Positions 1 to 11,400 of a stretch of DNA of 64,000 bases are shown one piece after another. A model generated the notes under the pieces. It saw nothing but the letters and a program-made list of their open reading frames with translations, had not been told where the DNA came from and ran no database searches. Source of the DNA: Candidatus Sericytochromatia bacterium (GTDB lineage: Bacteria > Cyanobacteriota > Sericytochromatia > UBA7694). Numbering within the stretch: the stretch's first letter is position 1; the number at the start of each line of letters is the position of its first letter. Location: contig CAXRDE010000016.1 in assembly GCA_964229355.1 (NCBI GenBank), positions 83,732 through 147,731 of the forward strand. Direction: 5' to 3'. The position numbers and the translations under genes were made by a program.

Positions 1-776
1 GCGATGCTTTTCAGCTGGTCCTGAATTTTGTCCAGGCTTTTTTCAAAGCCCTTTTGATTGCGTTGTAAAAGGCTCACCGCATTGGGATCTACCAGGGTTT
101 GGGCCTGATGCAAGTGTTTAATCATTGCGCGGTGTTGGGCTTGAATCATTTGGATGATTTCACTGCGGAGGCCCTCGTAATCGACTTTTTCTTCTTCCGT
201 CTCACCCACCAGCAGTTTCATTTGGCGTTCTTCAATGGCGCTGCCAAAATTTTGGAGTCCTTTTTCTAGCGCAGGAAGCTGTTGTTTGAGGGGCTCGGTT
301 TTAATGCCGATTTCATCCAGGGTTTGCAACTGTAATTGCAAGACAGCATAGTTGTCTTGTAGTGCATCCAGGTTTTGGTACAACACCTCAACCCCATCGA
401 GGTCAGCTTTGGGTAAAACCCGCAACTGCTCGACAATGGTTTGCACCTCTTGCTTGATGGTTTTATCCAGTTCCTGAGCGGCCTGAAGCTTACCCTGGTT
501 AATGCTCGTCGATAAATCCCCGATCTTTTGGTCGAGGGTTTTGACTTCATCGAGAAATTCGTTAAACATTTGAGAGAGCGCTACAAATTCGCGCTCTAAA
601 ATTTCGACTTCGTATTGGGTTCGGCTGAGAATATTTTCACCCAGGTGAGCCACCTGTAAACGTAACTCTGTCGTGTAGTCATCGTCTGTGAGAAGGTTTG
701 ACTGGTTACGGGCAATAATTTCTGTAGCGGTGAGTATCTGCTTTTTCTGAGGGGGGGTGGGAGCAGTATCTGACAT
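1..776 (-). CDS. Cys-free coiled-coil protein; 3' end cut by the window edge (first ~258 aa present)
   Basis: Not in the supplied track. Manual minus-strand translation from the ATG at 776..774 stays open to base 1: MSDTAPTPPQKKQILTATEIIARNQ...LQLQLQTLDEIG...KIQDQLKSI. The start overlaps the TAA of the upstream gene (TAATG). Q/L/E-rich and heptad-like. Confidence 0.6.
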   Translation of the reverse strand, partial: MSDTAPTPPQKKQILTATEIIARNQSNLLTDDDYTTELRLQVAHLGENILSRTQYEVEILEREFVALSQMFNEFLDEVKTLDQKIGDLSTSINQGKLQAAQELDKTIKQEVQTIVEQLRVLPKADLDGVEVLYQNLDALQDNYAVLQLQLQTLDEIGIKTEPLKQQLPALEKGLQNFGSAIEERQMKLLVGETEEEKVDYEGLRSEIIQMIQAQHRAMIKHLHQAQTLVDPNAVSLLQRNQKGFEKSLDKIQDQLKSI

Positions 777-1150
777 TAACCTTTCTCCTGCGGTCTCATA
801 TAAAAGACAAAGCTGGTGAGCTTCTCTAGTTTTTCGATTTTATCATGGGTTTTAACGGGCTCATTTAAGATTTCGCGCATGCGCTTGATTTGATCGTCAA
901 GCAGACCGTAGTGCTCGGCCATGTAGTCTCTGACCACTTCAATGGACTCTGAATATTTGACCATGCCGTCTACCACCGCATAGTAATCCCCGGAGACCAC
1001 ATCGTAATAGTCGTAGAGGCAATCAATCGCTTCTTGCCTGAATTCACAGCGGGCTTTTAGTGCGTTAAGCTGTTTGCTTAAGTTTGAGCGTTCGCGGCTT
1101 AAGTCTTTTAAGGCCTCGATGGCATACTTAATTCGTGATGAGTTGTGCAT
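776..1150 (-). CDS. Small acidic protein (124 aa), unknown family; chaperone-like by size and charge only
   Basis: ORF track. SD-like AAGGGGA upstream of the ATG at 1150. D/E/Y-rich core DCLYDYYDVVSGDYYAVVDGM. No family recognised. Confidence 0.6.
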   Translation of the reverse strand: MHNSSRIKYAIEALKDLSRERSNLSKQLNALKARCEFRQEAIDCLYDYYDVVSGDYYAVVDGMVKYSESIEVVRDYMAEHYGLLDDQIKRMREILNEPVKTHDKIEKLEKLTSFVFYMRPQEKG

Positions 1151-1190
1151 AGAACAGTCCCCTTGCTTTCAGTTTATCATTATGTCATGT

Positions 1191-1221
1191 AAAAAGCACC
1201 GTACAGACGTCTGCACGGTGC
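1191..1221 (-). terminator. Rho-independent terminator downstream of the 1348-aa gene
   Basis: The minus strand reads GCACCGTGCAGAC/GTCTGTACGGTGC (about 11 bp stem, one G-U pair, 4-nt loop) followed directly by TTTTT. It lies 20 nt after the stop at 1241. Confidence 0.6.
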
Positions 1222-1240
1222 CTGGGTCTAAAACAGATAA

Positions 1241-4200
1241 TTAGGTATAACTCTGAACACCGGTTGATGATCTGCGATCGTCATTTACACGTTGTGCGCG
1301 TGATTCTGCCGATTGCGCATTTGCTTGATCCCTTTGTACCCTTTGTCTATTGTGGTCGTTATAGTACTTGTCGCGGCCCTGACTCATGGTCTCTGGGTTT
1401 TGATCACCGTATTCAGGGCGTAATGAATAGTTTGCGGCTGTTTGAGGGAGATCAAAATTGGGTCGCTCATTAAAGTAACCGTTGAGACTTTGGGCTGTAT
1501 TCATTAGGCTACTTGCGTTGCCCAGGTTGTTGGCTACACCTTGCTTAAAGAGTTTTTCTGCCAGGTCATAGAGGGCTTCAGCTCTTTGCATGGTACCTGC
1601 TGCCCAACCTTTGAACAAGCCAGGAAGTCCTTCTACAATTTGCCCCATCTTACTGGTGCCTTCCGCTTCTTCATTGGGCGCTGGGGTCTGTCCTTGCACA
1701 GGGTCTACATAGTTAAAGGCTTCTGCATTTGAAACCTCTTCCATCGGTCTGGTAGGATTGGGATTGATGTCAGGAATCTCCATATCTACACCGGCTGTGT
1801 TCTGCAAACGTTCTGTATAGCTTTGCTGAGCGGGGGGTTGCTCCTCGGTTGGGGTTTGAGCTGAGGGCTGAGCCGTAGCGTTGAATTCAATGGACCGATT
1901 CTGGCCATTTTCACGAATCGTGCCAGCGTCATCTCCGCTGATGTGAATATTGCCGCCACTCTGTACCGCTGTGGCTTCACCCCGCCCTTCTTGAGCGCGG
2001 CTAGCCAGGTCTGCAGCGCTGATGTCAGGGTTGCTTTGCAGAGCCATGAGCGCTCTTAAAGCTGCCCGTCCTTCGTCACCAGCAGTTTCTTGACCGCCAT
2101 TGAGGCCCTGTACGCTCTCATGGTGCTCAATGTGGTGAAAGAGCTCTTCTGTGATGACTTCGTTGAGCTTGGTTTGATCCTGTAAAATATCGTTGGCTAC
2201 GCGAATTTCTCCAGGCCCACCATCGACGCCTCCTACATAAGCGCCATTGGCACCATTAAGTTCACTGCGATCCACTGCCACAATGTTGGGTGGAGTGAGT
2301 AGGCTACCATCGCTGGCCGCCGCGCGCAAGGTGTCATAGTGCCCCGCAATGGTGGGGTTGTTTGCGTCGTAGGCAGGTAGATTGTACACGTTTTGCATAA
2401 AGCTATTAAAAGGTGCGGGATCATCCAGTTCAGCAACGCGCTTCAGTTCCCCTGCGAAAGCTTTTGTCGCCAACTCTACGTTTTCAAAGTGATTGACTTC
2501 CGTGCGTTGGGACAGACTGTGAATACCGTCATTGATGCCTGCGGAGAGATTCAGCTCGGGGACGATGCCTAACATTGTGGTGGCAGATTTTAGATTCTCT
2601 ACAGCACCTATCATCGCCTCAGCCTGCGCAGGATCTGTTACCGCTTCTCGGATCTGTGCCGGTGTGACTTGCGTTACGGCGGCGGGGGAATAAGCACCCG
2701 AAACGACGCCGTGCTCTTGAAGCGCCTGGAAAATATTGCGTGAGCTGCTATCAATGACGCCTCCCAGCTCTTGCTGGTCTTCAGGGGTAATGTCGCCACC
2801 GCGTAGCTTTTGACGAATGTAGTCTTTGACCTGGTTGAGGCTTTCATTCGCGCGCTCAATACCTGATCTCAGTTGCGGCTCTCCATCTTCGCCGGGCGTA
2901 AATAACTGGGGGTTATTCTCAATCATCTGACCTTCTTGAAGACGCATTGCGTCTGTGGCCATGACAGCTTTATTTTTTAACTGCTCAAGATATGCCGGTG
3001 TAAGTTGAATCTCTTCGCTTTCAGGAGGGGCCGTGGTCACCATAATGGGCTTATCACCTGCGGCTTGTAATTGCGCTTCTAGCTGCTCGATATCGCCACT
3101 GATCTCAGCCATTAATCGGTCGGCCGTGCCCGGTGGGTAATTTCCTCCTGTTTCAGCCACATGGGTGTTGGCATGGATGCCTTCCACCGTACTTTTGGGC
3201 CATTCCTGGTCTGCTGTAGCAATGACTTGTGTACGAATGCCGTTCGCATCGCTAAGCCAGTCCTGAGGAGAGATGCTTTGGCCGTTAACTTGCAGGGTCT
3301 GTGCACCGCGCTGCTCCGGAGGGAGCATCTGGATCTGTTCCTCAATGCCTGCAAGCAATGCTTGTTTGCTTTCTGCCGAAAGGCCAGGCGCGTTGAGTTT
3401 ATTCAGATTATCGTTGATGGCGGCGTTGATGCTCGCTGGGGTAGGACCTGTAATTACAGTACCGCCACCGCCGTCTACTGCCACAGGAATAAAACCATTC
3501 CCCACGGTGGTATAGTCTTCTCCACCTGTACCTGCGTTATAACGCTGGGTAATATCGGCCTCTACGTCGTTAAAAATAGAGTCGGCGCCAGCGTTGGCAT
3601 GGCTAGATGAATCATGGAATTGTAGAAACTCCACAATGTTTTCTGCAGGGACAGTGGTTTGTTGACCGTTTCCGTCTGCTACCCGCAGCTCCATATTGGT
3701 GACGCCGCCAAACTGTTGCGCGACGCGATCGTTAATAATGTTTACAGAGTCTTCGCCGTAGAGTAATTGATCTTCACCACCGTTTGAGGTGTTGGCCTCA
3801 AGTACAATTCGAGCGTTCAAAACAGAATCTACAGAGCCTTCAGGGACATTGGCTTTCCCGTTACTAAAGGTAATGCCCAGGCTGGGTTGAAAGGTTTGAG
3901 CATGCAAGGCATACATATCCATCATGCTGGGGTTTGCAGCTCTGATGTCGTCTAAGGAAAGGTTGGTTCCATTTTTGCTATTGTAGAGGGCTTGATACTC
4001 ATCCAGGTAATCGTTGGGAATGGGTGTGTTTTGGGTGGCATCTCTGTAGTCATCAAGACGCGTTCTGCCTTCTCCCGTAGGAAACTGCCTTAAGTCAGAA
4101 GCCGTGAAATATTCATGGCGGGTGTTATCCAGACTGAAGCCGTCATGCATATTCCGAAGATGTCTTTGAACCTGATCGGGGCTTTGTTTGGCCACTTGCC

Positions 4201-5287
4201 CATACAAAGCGGTAGCGTTCAGTTCGTCGGTATAGCCAACGGCCTGGGTAAATTTAACGTGTTCTTGCAGGTTTTGGAAGTTTTCAAAATTTCCCAGCCC
4301 CATTTCTTTGGCCACGGCGTCTTTGTAGGCTTTGCCGTCGACACGCTTACCATCTCGGTTAAGAATAAGTGCTTCACCGTTTTCGGCAATACCCGCATAC
4401 CTGAATCCCAATTTACTTGCCATTTTTTCGTTAAAGCTAACGGCGCCTGGAAGGTTGGGATTGTTAAAGTTAAGGCTCGCACGACCCACATACTGGAAGG
4501 GGACTTGCATTTCACGGCCCAGAATGGCTTCTGCCGTGGCGCCGTCATAGGTGGTATCACCTACCTGCTCACCGTTACCTAAAGAGGGGTAACCCTGACT
4601 TGTGTACTGTTGTACCAGGTGGCTGTTGCGATCTGCCTCTCCAGGCGTACGGGCGATGCGGTAGATTTTTCCTGCAGGCCCCGGGGTTTCTCCATTTTCA
4701 GGTTGCGTAACGGTTTCATTTCTGCGCTCGGGGTTATGGACGGGTACGGGTTCAAACACCGGCTCTCTTGGAGGAATAATCGGTGGGTCTTCAGGTGTTC
4801 TGCGTTCTTCGGGGCTGGGAAGAACGGTCCAGGTTTCTTTTTCGACCCGTGTATAACCCATGCCCACTTTGGCGTTGGGATCTTTGATCATTTCTAAGAA
4901 GAGGGGATCGATTTGGATTGCAGCCACACTGCGAGAAGGACCCACAATGGCGGCGGCCAGCTTGGCTGTAATACTCATAAAGCCTTCGTTGGATTCAGCC
5001 GTTTGGAATTCGCGGCGTACCTGTAAGCTCCCTTTCTCGTAAAGCTCTCGGGTTTGCTGAGGCGTTAGAAGTACATCTCCGCCTAAAGAACCAATGTTTT
5101 CAGGGGTTACCGTAACGATGTCTGCATCAACGAAGGCGCTTTCGGGAATGATGCTGCTACCGCGATAAAGGTTGTTACCTCCATCGGGACCCCGATATTC
5201 GGCCTGGGTTGTTTGAGAGGGGCGCATTTGCCCAATTCTATTTTGATAAGGGTTGCTGGCACCACCAACGCCGCTTACGCTGCTCAT
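1241..5287 (-). CDS. Giant Cys-free protein (1348 aa), unknown function; possible HxxEH motif and Arg-rich C-terminal tail
   Basis: Uninterrupted 4 kb ORF with SD GAGGAG 7-8 nt upstream of the ATG. No signal peptide and no Cys in the translation. Pro-rich stretch PPIIPPREPVFEPVPV. Motif EELFHHIEHHE. Tail RQRVQRDQANAQSAESRAQRVNDDRRSS. Confidence 0.85.
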   Translation of the reverse strand: MSSVSGVGGASNPYQNRIGQMRPSQTTQAEYRGPDGGNNLYRGSSIIPESAFVDADIVTVTPENIGSLGGDVLLTPQQTRELYEKGSLQVRREFQTAESNEGFMSITAKLAAAIVGPSRSVAAIQIDPLFLEMIKDPNAKVGMGYTRVEKETWTVLPSPEERRTPEDPPIIPPREPVFEPVPVHNPERRNETVTQPENGETPGPAGKIYRIARTPGEADRNSHLVQQYTSQGYPSLGNGEQVGDTTYDGATAEAILGREMQVPFQYVGRASLNFNNPNLPGAVSFNEKMASKLGFRYAGIAENGEALILNRDGKRVDGKAYKDAVAKEMGLGNFENFQNLQEHVKFTQAVGYTDELNATALYGQVAKQSPDQVQRHLRNMHDGFSLDNTRHEYFTASDLRQFPTGEGRTRLDDYRDATQNTPIPNDYLDEYQALYNSKNGTNLSLDDIRAANPSMMDMYALHAQTFQPSLGITFSNGKANVPEGSVDSVLNARIVLEANTSNGGEDQLLYGEDSVNIINDRVAQQFGGVTNMELRVADGNGQQTTVPAENIVEFLQFHDSSSHANAGADSIFNDVEADITQRYNAGTGGEDYTTVGNGFIPVAVDGGGGTVITGPTPASINAAINDNLNKLNAPGLSAESKQALLAGIEEQIQMLPPEQRGAQTLQVNGQSISPQDWLSDANGIRTQVIATADQEWPKSTVEGIHANTHVAETGGNYPPGTADRLMAEISGDIEQLEAQLQAAGDKPIMVTTAPPESEEIQLTPAYLEQLKNKAVMATDAMRLQEGQMIENNPQLFTPGEDGEPQLRSGIERANESLNQVKDYIRQKLRGGDITPEDQQELGGVIDSSSRNIFQALQEHGVVSGAYSPAAVTQVTPAQIREAVTDPAQAEAMIGAVENLKSATTMLGIVPELNLSAGINDGIHSLSQRTEVNHFENVELATKAFAGELKRVAELDDPAPFNSFMQNVYNLPAYDANNPTIAGHYDTLRAAASDGSLLTPPNIVAVDRSELNGANGAYVGGVDGGPGEIRVANDILQDQTKLNEVITEELFHHIEHHESVQGLNGGQETAGDEGRAALRALMALQSNPDISAADLASRAQEGRGEATAVQSGGNIHISGDDAGTIRENGQNRSIEFNATAQPSAQTPTEEQPPAQQSYTERLQNTAGVDMEIPDINPNPTRPMEEVSNAEAFNYVDPVQGQTPAPNEEAEGTSKMGQIVEGLPGLFKGWAAGTMQRAEALYDLAEKLFKQGVANNLGNASSLMNTAQSLNGYFNERPNFDLPQTAANYSLRPEYGDQNPETMSQGRDKYYNDHNRQRVQRDQANAQSAESRAQRVNDDRRSSTGVQSYT

Positions 5288-5355
5288 AAGTCTAAATCTC
5301 CTCTAAGTTCTCTTACACGCTTCTAGTGTATATATACCCATTTTTGAGTAAGTTA

Positions 5356-5391
5356 ATCACGGCGATGAAAATATATTTTTATCGCCGTGAT
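5356..5391 (-). other. Intergenic stem-loop between the 2114-aa and 1348-aa genes
   Basis: Perfect 11-bp inverted repeat ATCACGGCGAT ... ATCGCCGTGAT with a 14-nt A/T loop, 12 nt below the stop at 5403. No T-tract follows, so it may be an RNA stability or processing element rather than a clean terminator. Confidence 0.45.
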
Positions 5392-5402
5392 CAGGCGCTC
5401 AG

Positions 5403-8400
5403 TTATAAGACAATACCATCCTGGGGTAATTGGGTAGAGCTTTGTGCTAACTCAAGACGCTCCACAAACTCTCGCATACTTTGAACAGGGTTACTAAAAG
5501 GGCTGCGAAGTTGCTGAATGGTTTCGGTCAACTGCTCCAACATATCCATTTGTTGTGCCTGTTCAATAATCATGCCAGGATTTAAGCCAATTAATACGGC
5601 GATATTGGCGAAGTTAGAGTCGCTGGCCACTGCAGATAGCAATTCGCTTTGGACTTCTTGCTGTTCACCGGTGGTTGCGGGGGTTGTATTCTCGGCGGAG
5701 CTGCCATTTGCATTACCCGTAGCACCAGCACCGCCAGCTCCACCAGCTCCACCAGCATTGCCAGCTCCACCAGCTCCACCAGCACCACCAGCATTGCCAG
5801 CTCCACCAGCTCCACCAGCACCGCCAGCACCGCCAGCACCACCAGCCTCACCAGCTCCACCAACGTCTCCTACGGCATCTCCATTGGTGCTGCCAAAGGT
5901 AACGCCCATTTCATCGGCATACTTTTGGGCTGCAGCCAATTGTTTGGTCGCGGCCTCCAAACGTACGCGCGCATCCTGGAGTGCTTCCATGGCTGCTTTA
6001 TAAGCCTGAATTCCAGGCAGTAGAGCGTTAAGGGTTTCACCCAGGAAGCGGGTGCTTTGGTCCAAAAAGGAACCAAGTCCTTCACCAAAACGCTGTGCAC
6101 CGTTTTGCTCTTCATCGCCATATCGGCTACGCAGGCCGCCTTCGGCCTGAGCAAGCGTTCGCTGGCTTTGAGCCTGTTGTTCTGGTGTCGCTTCTGTACC
6201 ATCAGCAGCTACTGTTGGCCCATTGGAGTTTACATCAACGGTAAATTCTCCCGAGTTTCCGCGTTGAGTGACGTTTACATTGACGGTGCTACGCGTTCCT
6301 TCAGCATTGGTAAACGCCACATTGGTCGCTTGTACTTGAGAAACGCTACCGTCAAAGCTTGCGCCCACTTCAACCCGTCCCAGTGCACTACTGGGGTTAA
6401 ACCGAATCTCTCCAGCAGTGTTTACACCAGCGCCGAGATCCTGAAGGGTAATGCTTCCCCGGTCTAACCCTTCGCTCTCCACGAATCCGTCTAAAATATC
6501 TTGTGCAAGCTTTGTGTCCTTAGCGGTTAAAGCTGCCTGAAGATTTTGTCGGGTTTGGGCAATGCGTTCCGCTTTATCCGCATCTCCCACTTGCACAAGC
6601 GCCTGTGCGTTTTCATCCCCTGTCAGGGCTTGTATGCCCAGGGTCTGAAATTTCACCGAAGCGTTTGCATTGTCAAAAGAGTTGATTAACGCTCTTTCAC
6701 TGCTCACCACGTTATTGTACTGAGTCGCAGCGTTACGTTGGGTTTGTGACTGGAAATTGAGGCGGTTATCCTGAATCACTGCATCGGTCAACTTTTGTAC
6801 TTTTTGTTCGTCATTGACGCCAGCCTGTCTAATGACTTCACTGATGGCTCTTCTCGAATCATCTGTGTTGATGTTACGCAAGGCGTTGTTTTGCAATATA
6901 TTGCTGCTCTTGATATCTTCAATAACTTTCTTAGATGTCTCTTGATTGATTCCGTTTGCCTTTAGAGCTGCAGAGAGGTTTTCGCCCTGTGCGTTGAGCC
7001 TTCCTTTTTGTTCTACCAAACGCTCGGCCGTAATGCTCGCATCGGTTTCGCTCAGCCCCTCTGAGGTTAAGAAGTTGCTCAGTAGCTCTCTTGCCTTTTC
7101 TGGCTGATTTTGTTGAAGTGCAGCGAGAAAATTTTGATCGTTATTGGCTTTATTTAAAGCATTTGAGATATTTGCATCCCTTCTGTTAGCTCCCGTGGTC
7201 TCGCCACCGATATACACGTTCAACTCATTTAGTACAGGTGCCAGGGCTTCTCTTTGCTCAGCGGTTAAGCCCCGAGTATTGAGACGAACGCCTCCATTTT
7301 GGTCAACACCGTAGCCAATATCAAAGTATTGACCACCCAGGTCAAAACGTAGACGACCTTCTTGCTCAAAATTATTGTTGAAGCTGTTGTTGTCATCTCT
7401 TCGTAATGCACTGGTGTTGTTGTTGCGCTCTACAACTTGAACGTTGGTTGCCCCAAAACTCGCAAGTTTATTTTCAAAACCTTTCTTTCGTTGCGCGGCG
7501 TTAAAGAAGTCTGAGCTGCCTTGAATCGACTGTGTACCGGCCTTATCACCAGAGGCATTAACAATCGCTAGCTCACCACTGGCTGCATCACGCTCCAGTT
7601 GAAGCTTCGTACCGTCATTGAGTAAAACACCCGCAGAATAAATGTTACCTTCGCTATCATATTTTAAATTAACACTTTGGACCGATTCACCTGACTTGAA
7701 AATGCCAAAGTCCACCTGGAAAGCGCGATTGAGTTCTGCCGTCAGTTCCCGTGCGGCCTTTTCATTTCTCTCAAATTTCTCCGTAAAGGCTGCTTTATCT
7801 TGTCCCAGAGCTTCAGCAAGATCTCCTGCTGCATTGGCATTATCTGGTCTACCAGGTCCACTGTTGGGACCGCTGATGCCTGTGAACCGGCTAAACGCAT
7901 CGCTAACACGATCTCCGAAATTGCGCTCTCTTCCAGGCTCGTTACCTTCTGTGATTTTGCCATCTGCACCAATGGTAAAACTTCGGGCTGGGTTATTAGG
8001 ACCGTTGGCAGCAATGTTGATAGAAATACTTCCATCGCTATTTGCGACACGTTGGGCTCCAGACAAGTCAAGACCAGCGGCCGTTAAAGAACGCAGGGTC
8101 TGTTGCGCATCTGAGCTGGCGCCCGGTAATTCTCCACCCTGTAACTGATCGTTGTTTTCTTGTCGGACCTCGCCTGTAGTCGTTCCGATCCGCTGTTGAA
8201 TTTGCTGGCTGTTTAGAGGGGTTGCTCTAAGGTTTCGGTTTTTACCTTCCGGATCTAAATAGTCGGCAATAATCCGATTGTACTTTGCGGCATTTTTTTC
8301 AGCCACCCCAGCGTTTTCGTTTGCAAACTCTTCGAGGGTGCGTTGCTGGCCATCTCTGCCGATAATACCTTCTACATTCCCCTGAGCGTTAAATACCAGG

Positions 8401-11400
8401 TCGTTGACGTCGATTCGTCCGAGACCTAAGCCCCCATCAAGGGTGTTTTTGCTTAGGCGGTTGGCAATTTCCTGGCGAACGCCTTGTTCAATATCGCCCT
8501 GGCTTTGTTGTCCACCCGTGCCTGAGGTTCCGGTAACGGTGACCTGGTTTTGACCGTTTTTGTTTGTGGTAAAGCTACCTACTGCGTTGCCACCCTGGCC
8601 GTTGTTGATCAAGCCAGCAAGAGCAGCATCTGCCTCAGCGCTTGTCCCTCTATTTACAATGGCTTGTACTGTTCTATTTTGTTCGTCACCACTTGTTGTC
8701 AAACCAATGCGTGCTTCGAGTGCCCGACCCAGTTGACGTTCGTTGACAGATCCGTTGTTGTTTAAGATTTGCCCGATCTGTTCGCTGTTAAAGCCCAGCC
8801 CTTCCAAAAATTTTGTTTTATCTGTTCCTGTTTTATTCAGCTCACCAATAACGGCCTCTGACAGTTGGGCTTGCGTGTTTTCACGCAGATCTGAGGTGGG
8901 ATCGCTTAAGCCCTGCTGACGTCCAGGAAAACCGCCGAAAAATTCATTGGTCAGTCTGTCGTTACGGTTGCTCGCCCTTGCATCGCGAAGGGCAGACTCC
9001 ACGTTACCAGACCCTGAAAAAGCAGCAGAGAAAGCGGCGCGTGTATCAATTTGATCAGGTCTGTTGAGATTAACACCAAGGGCTCTGCGCTCGCTACGGT
9101 TAAGGTCTCCGTTGGCGGCATCTTTAATGGTTTGGTTTGAGAGTTGTTCTTGACCCCCGCTGGGAGTCGTCACCAGTCTACCATTTCCAATGGCCCGGTT
9201 ATCGATGGTCAATTGAACCGAATTGTTACGATCCCCAATGGTTGCTGATTCCTGGCTGCGGGCGTTTGCGTCAAAGTTGAGGTTAAGATTGTTGTTACCA
9301 TCTCGGGACAGGTTAAGGCCTGCACTGACCGCATTATTGATGCGACCTTTCTCACGGCTGTCTACGCCGACGGTTCCGTTGAGAACGTTCAGGGCGTTTT
9401 TGTTGATGGTAAAGTTACCCTGATTTAGGTTGGCGTTGCCACTGATTGTTATGCCGCCACCTTTTTTAGCATCATTCTGGCTCACCGTGCGGCCGTCTCG
9501 AAGGGTCACCTCACCATTAATGACGCGTGCACCTTTAAGGGCTTCTACGCCGTTGTTTTCAGCAAGTTTATTGACCTGTTCCAGAAGCGCTTTGTTTGCG
9601 TCACTCACTTCGGGCTCTTCGGTGGCTTTTGCGATGCCTTCTGCCGTTGCGGGAGTTTCATTGGTCTCGCTACCGGTAACGTTTTTTGGAGGATCTCCTG
9701 TCGGGTCAGCGGTAGCGTCTGCGCTGACGCTACCGTCCCCGACAGGGGTTCCGTTTGGATTTGCAAAACGCGCTTTGATTTCATTTTGTGCGTTGACATC
9801 ACCTGCTGCAGCACGGGATAAAGTATCTTTGCTAATATCTACCGCTACACCGCTGGCGTTGGTCAGGGTGACATTGTCGCCGTCTTTCACGGTAGCGGTC
9901 AAGGATTGACCTATTTGCTGACCCACTACATTTCCTAAAAATGCCTGTACACCCTGATCTGCCCGGCTCTTTACGTCTGCGTCAGAAAGCTCTTCGCCGT
10001 TTGACTCTGCCTGGACGCGTACACGCCTTTGCAACGATTCTCCAAGACGTGTCTGCGAGCTGGTAGAAACAGCACCCGTGTTTTCTAACTCATCGGCAAT
10101 TTCTTGCTCGTTGCCCTCAAGGTTGCCATTGACGTTTTCTTGGGCATTGGCAGTAGCTGTAGAGAGAGCACGTCCGGGCAATGTGGCAACCCCAATCAGG
10201 GGGTTGACCACAGTGTCGCGAATGGCGCTGCCAATAAGGCCGTTGGCATTGGGGTCACTCACTGCATAAGCCAGGGCATTAATCCCCTGACCCAGGCGGG
10301 CAAAACGACTTTTGGGCTTTTCTGACCCGCTCATTTCATTGAGCTTTTTGAACAGCGCAGCGATCATTTTGAAAAGTTCACCCAGTGCGCTCGGACCTTC
10401 AGGACCATCTTTGATCCCAAGGACGTTAAGCGCTTTGGCGGCACCGTTAGAAACTCTTTCTGAAAAAGAATTGCCCTCTTCATCGGTTTGAGCAGTTGTT
10501 CCACGGTTTTCAATAACGCCTGTATTTGTATCATTGTCTACCGCAGCACTGGCTCGTCCTTGTGTGGTGGAAACAACAAGGTTTTCATCATCTCCGGTGG
10601 TATTTTGATTTTGAGGTGCTGCCGGTGATACTTCATCACCGTTTGTGCTATTGTCTACAGCGTCACTGGTCTGTCCCGGGGTGGTGGTAATGGCGGTACC
10701 GCCGCCATTTGTGTTATTTTGTACGTTGGTATTTACTGGGTTTGCCCCATCATTTTCCACCGCATCAGAGTCGCTGGCTAACGCGTCGGTGTTATCTGTG
10801 GTGTTATTCCCTGTAATGGCGTCGCCACTTGCCCCAGCATTGGTATTTGCCGCGTTAGTGTTACTGTTGCCGTTGAGCACCTCATTAATGGCCGATTGCA
10901 CACGCTGTGTAAGGCCTTCTTCATTAATCGGACCCTCTGCGTTCTCTTCCTCTTGAATGACGGCGTCTACGCGCCCGCGGATTTGTTCTTGTTGCTCGGA
11001 GCTAAGGTTGTTTTCTTCATTGCCCAGTACACTGTTGACGGCGTCTTTGACCCGCGCCAAAATTCCGGCTTTATCTTCGGCATCTGCACCGGGTGCTTCT
11101 GTTAAGTTCTGATCTTCATCATCTGAGGCAATGGCCTGGTCTCGTTGTGGGTTAAGGGTGTCTTGAATGGCTGTGGCGACACGATCGAGTAATCCCTGGT
11201 TGGCGGGACGGGTGACGGTTTGAGTGGTCGAGTTATTTGTGTTGGTCTCGTCGTTTGCATTGGTCTCTTCAACAGGGGGATTGTTCCCCTCTTCTTCATT
11301 GCCGTCTTTGCCCTTGAACTTGTCTGTAATGGCGTTAATAAAAAAGGCTTCTTTAAGAACCTCTATTAAATCTCCCCCGAACCCGCGATCTTCTTGTCTT

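Noticed and set aside
5721-5865. Gly-Ala repeat reminiscent of mycobacterial PE_PGRS or collagen-like proteins.
   Set aside because: There is no PE/PPE N-terminal domain and no GXY triplet periodicity. The repeat is a short linker inside a much larger unrelated protein.
3161-10956. Many 60-170 aa plus-strand ORFs inside the giant minus-strand genes (for example 3161..3610, 4115..4582, 5518..6003, 7642..8148, 9430..9909, 10645..10956).
   Set aside because: They lie antisense to long uninterrupted ORFs with good SD sites. Their translations are low-complexity mirror images (PAPPAPP, S/L/A/R-rich). They have no RBS and no recognisable motifs.
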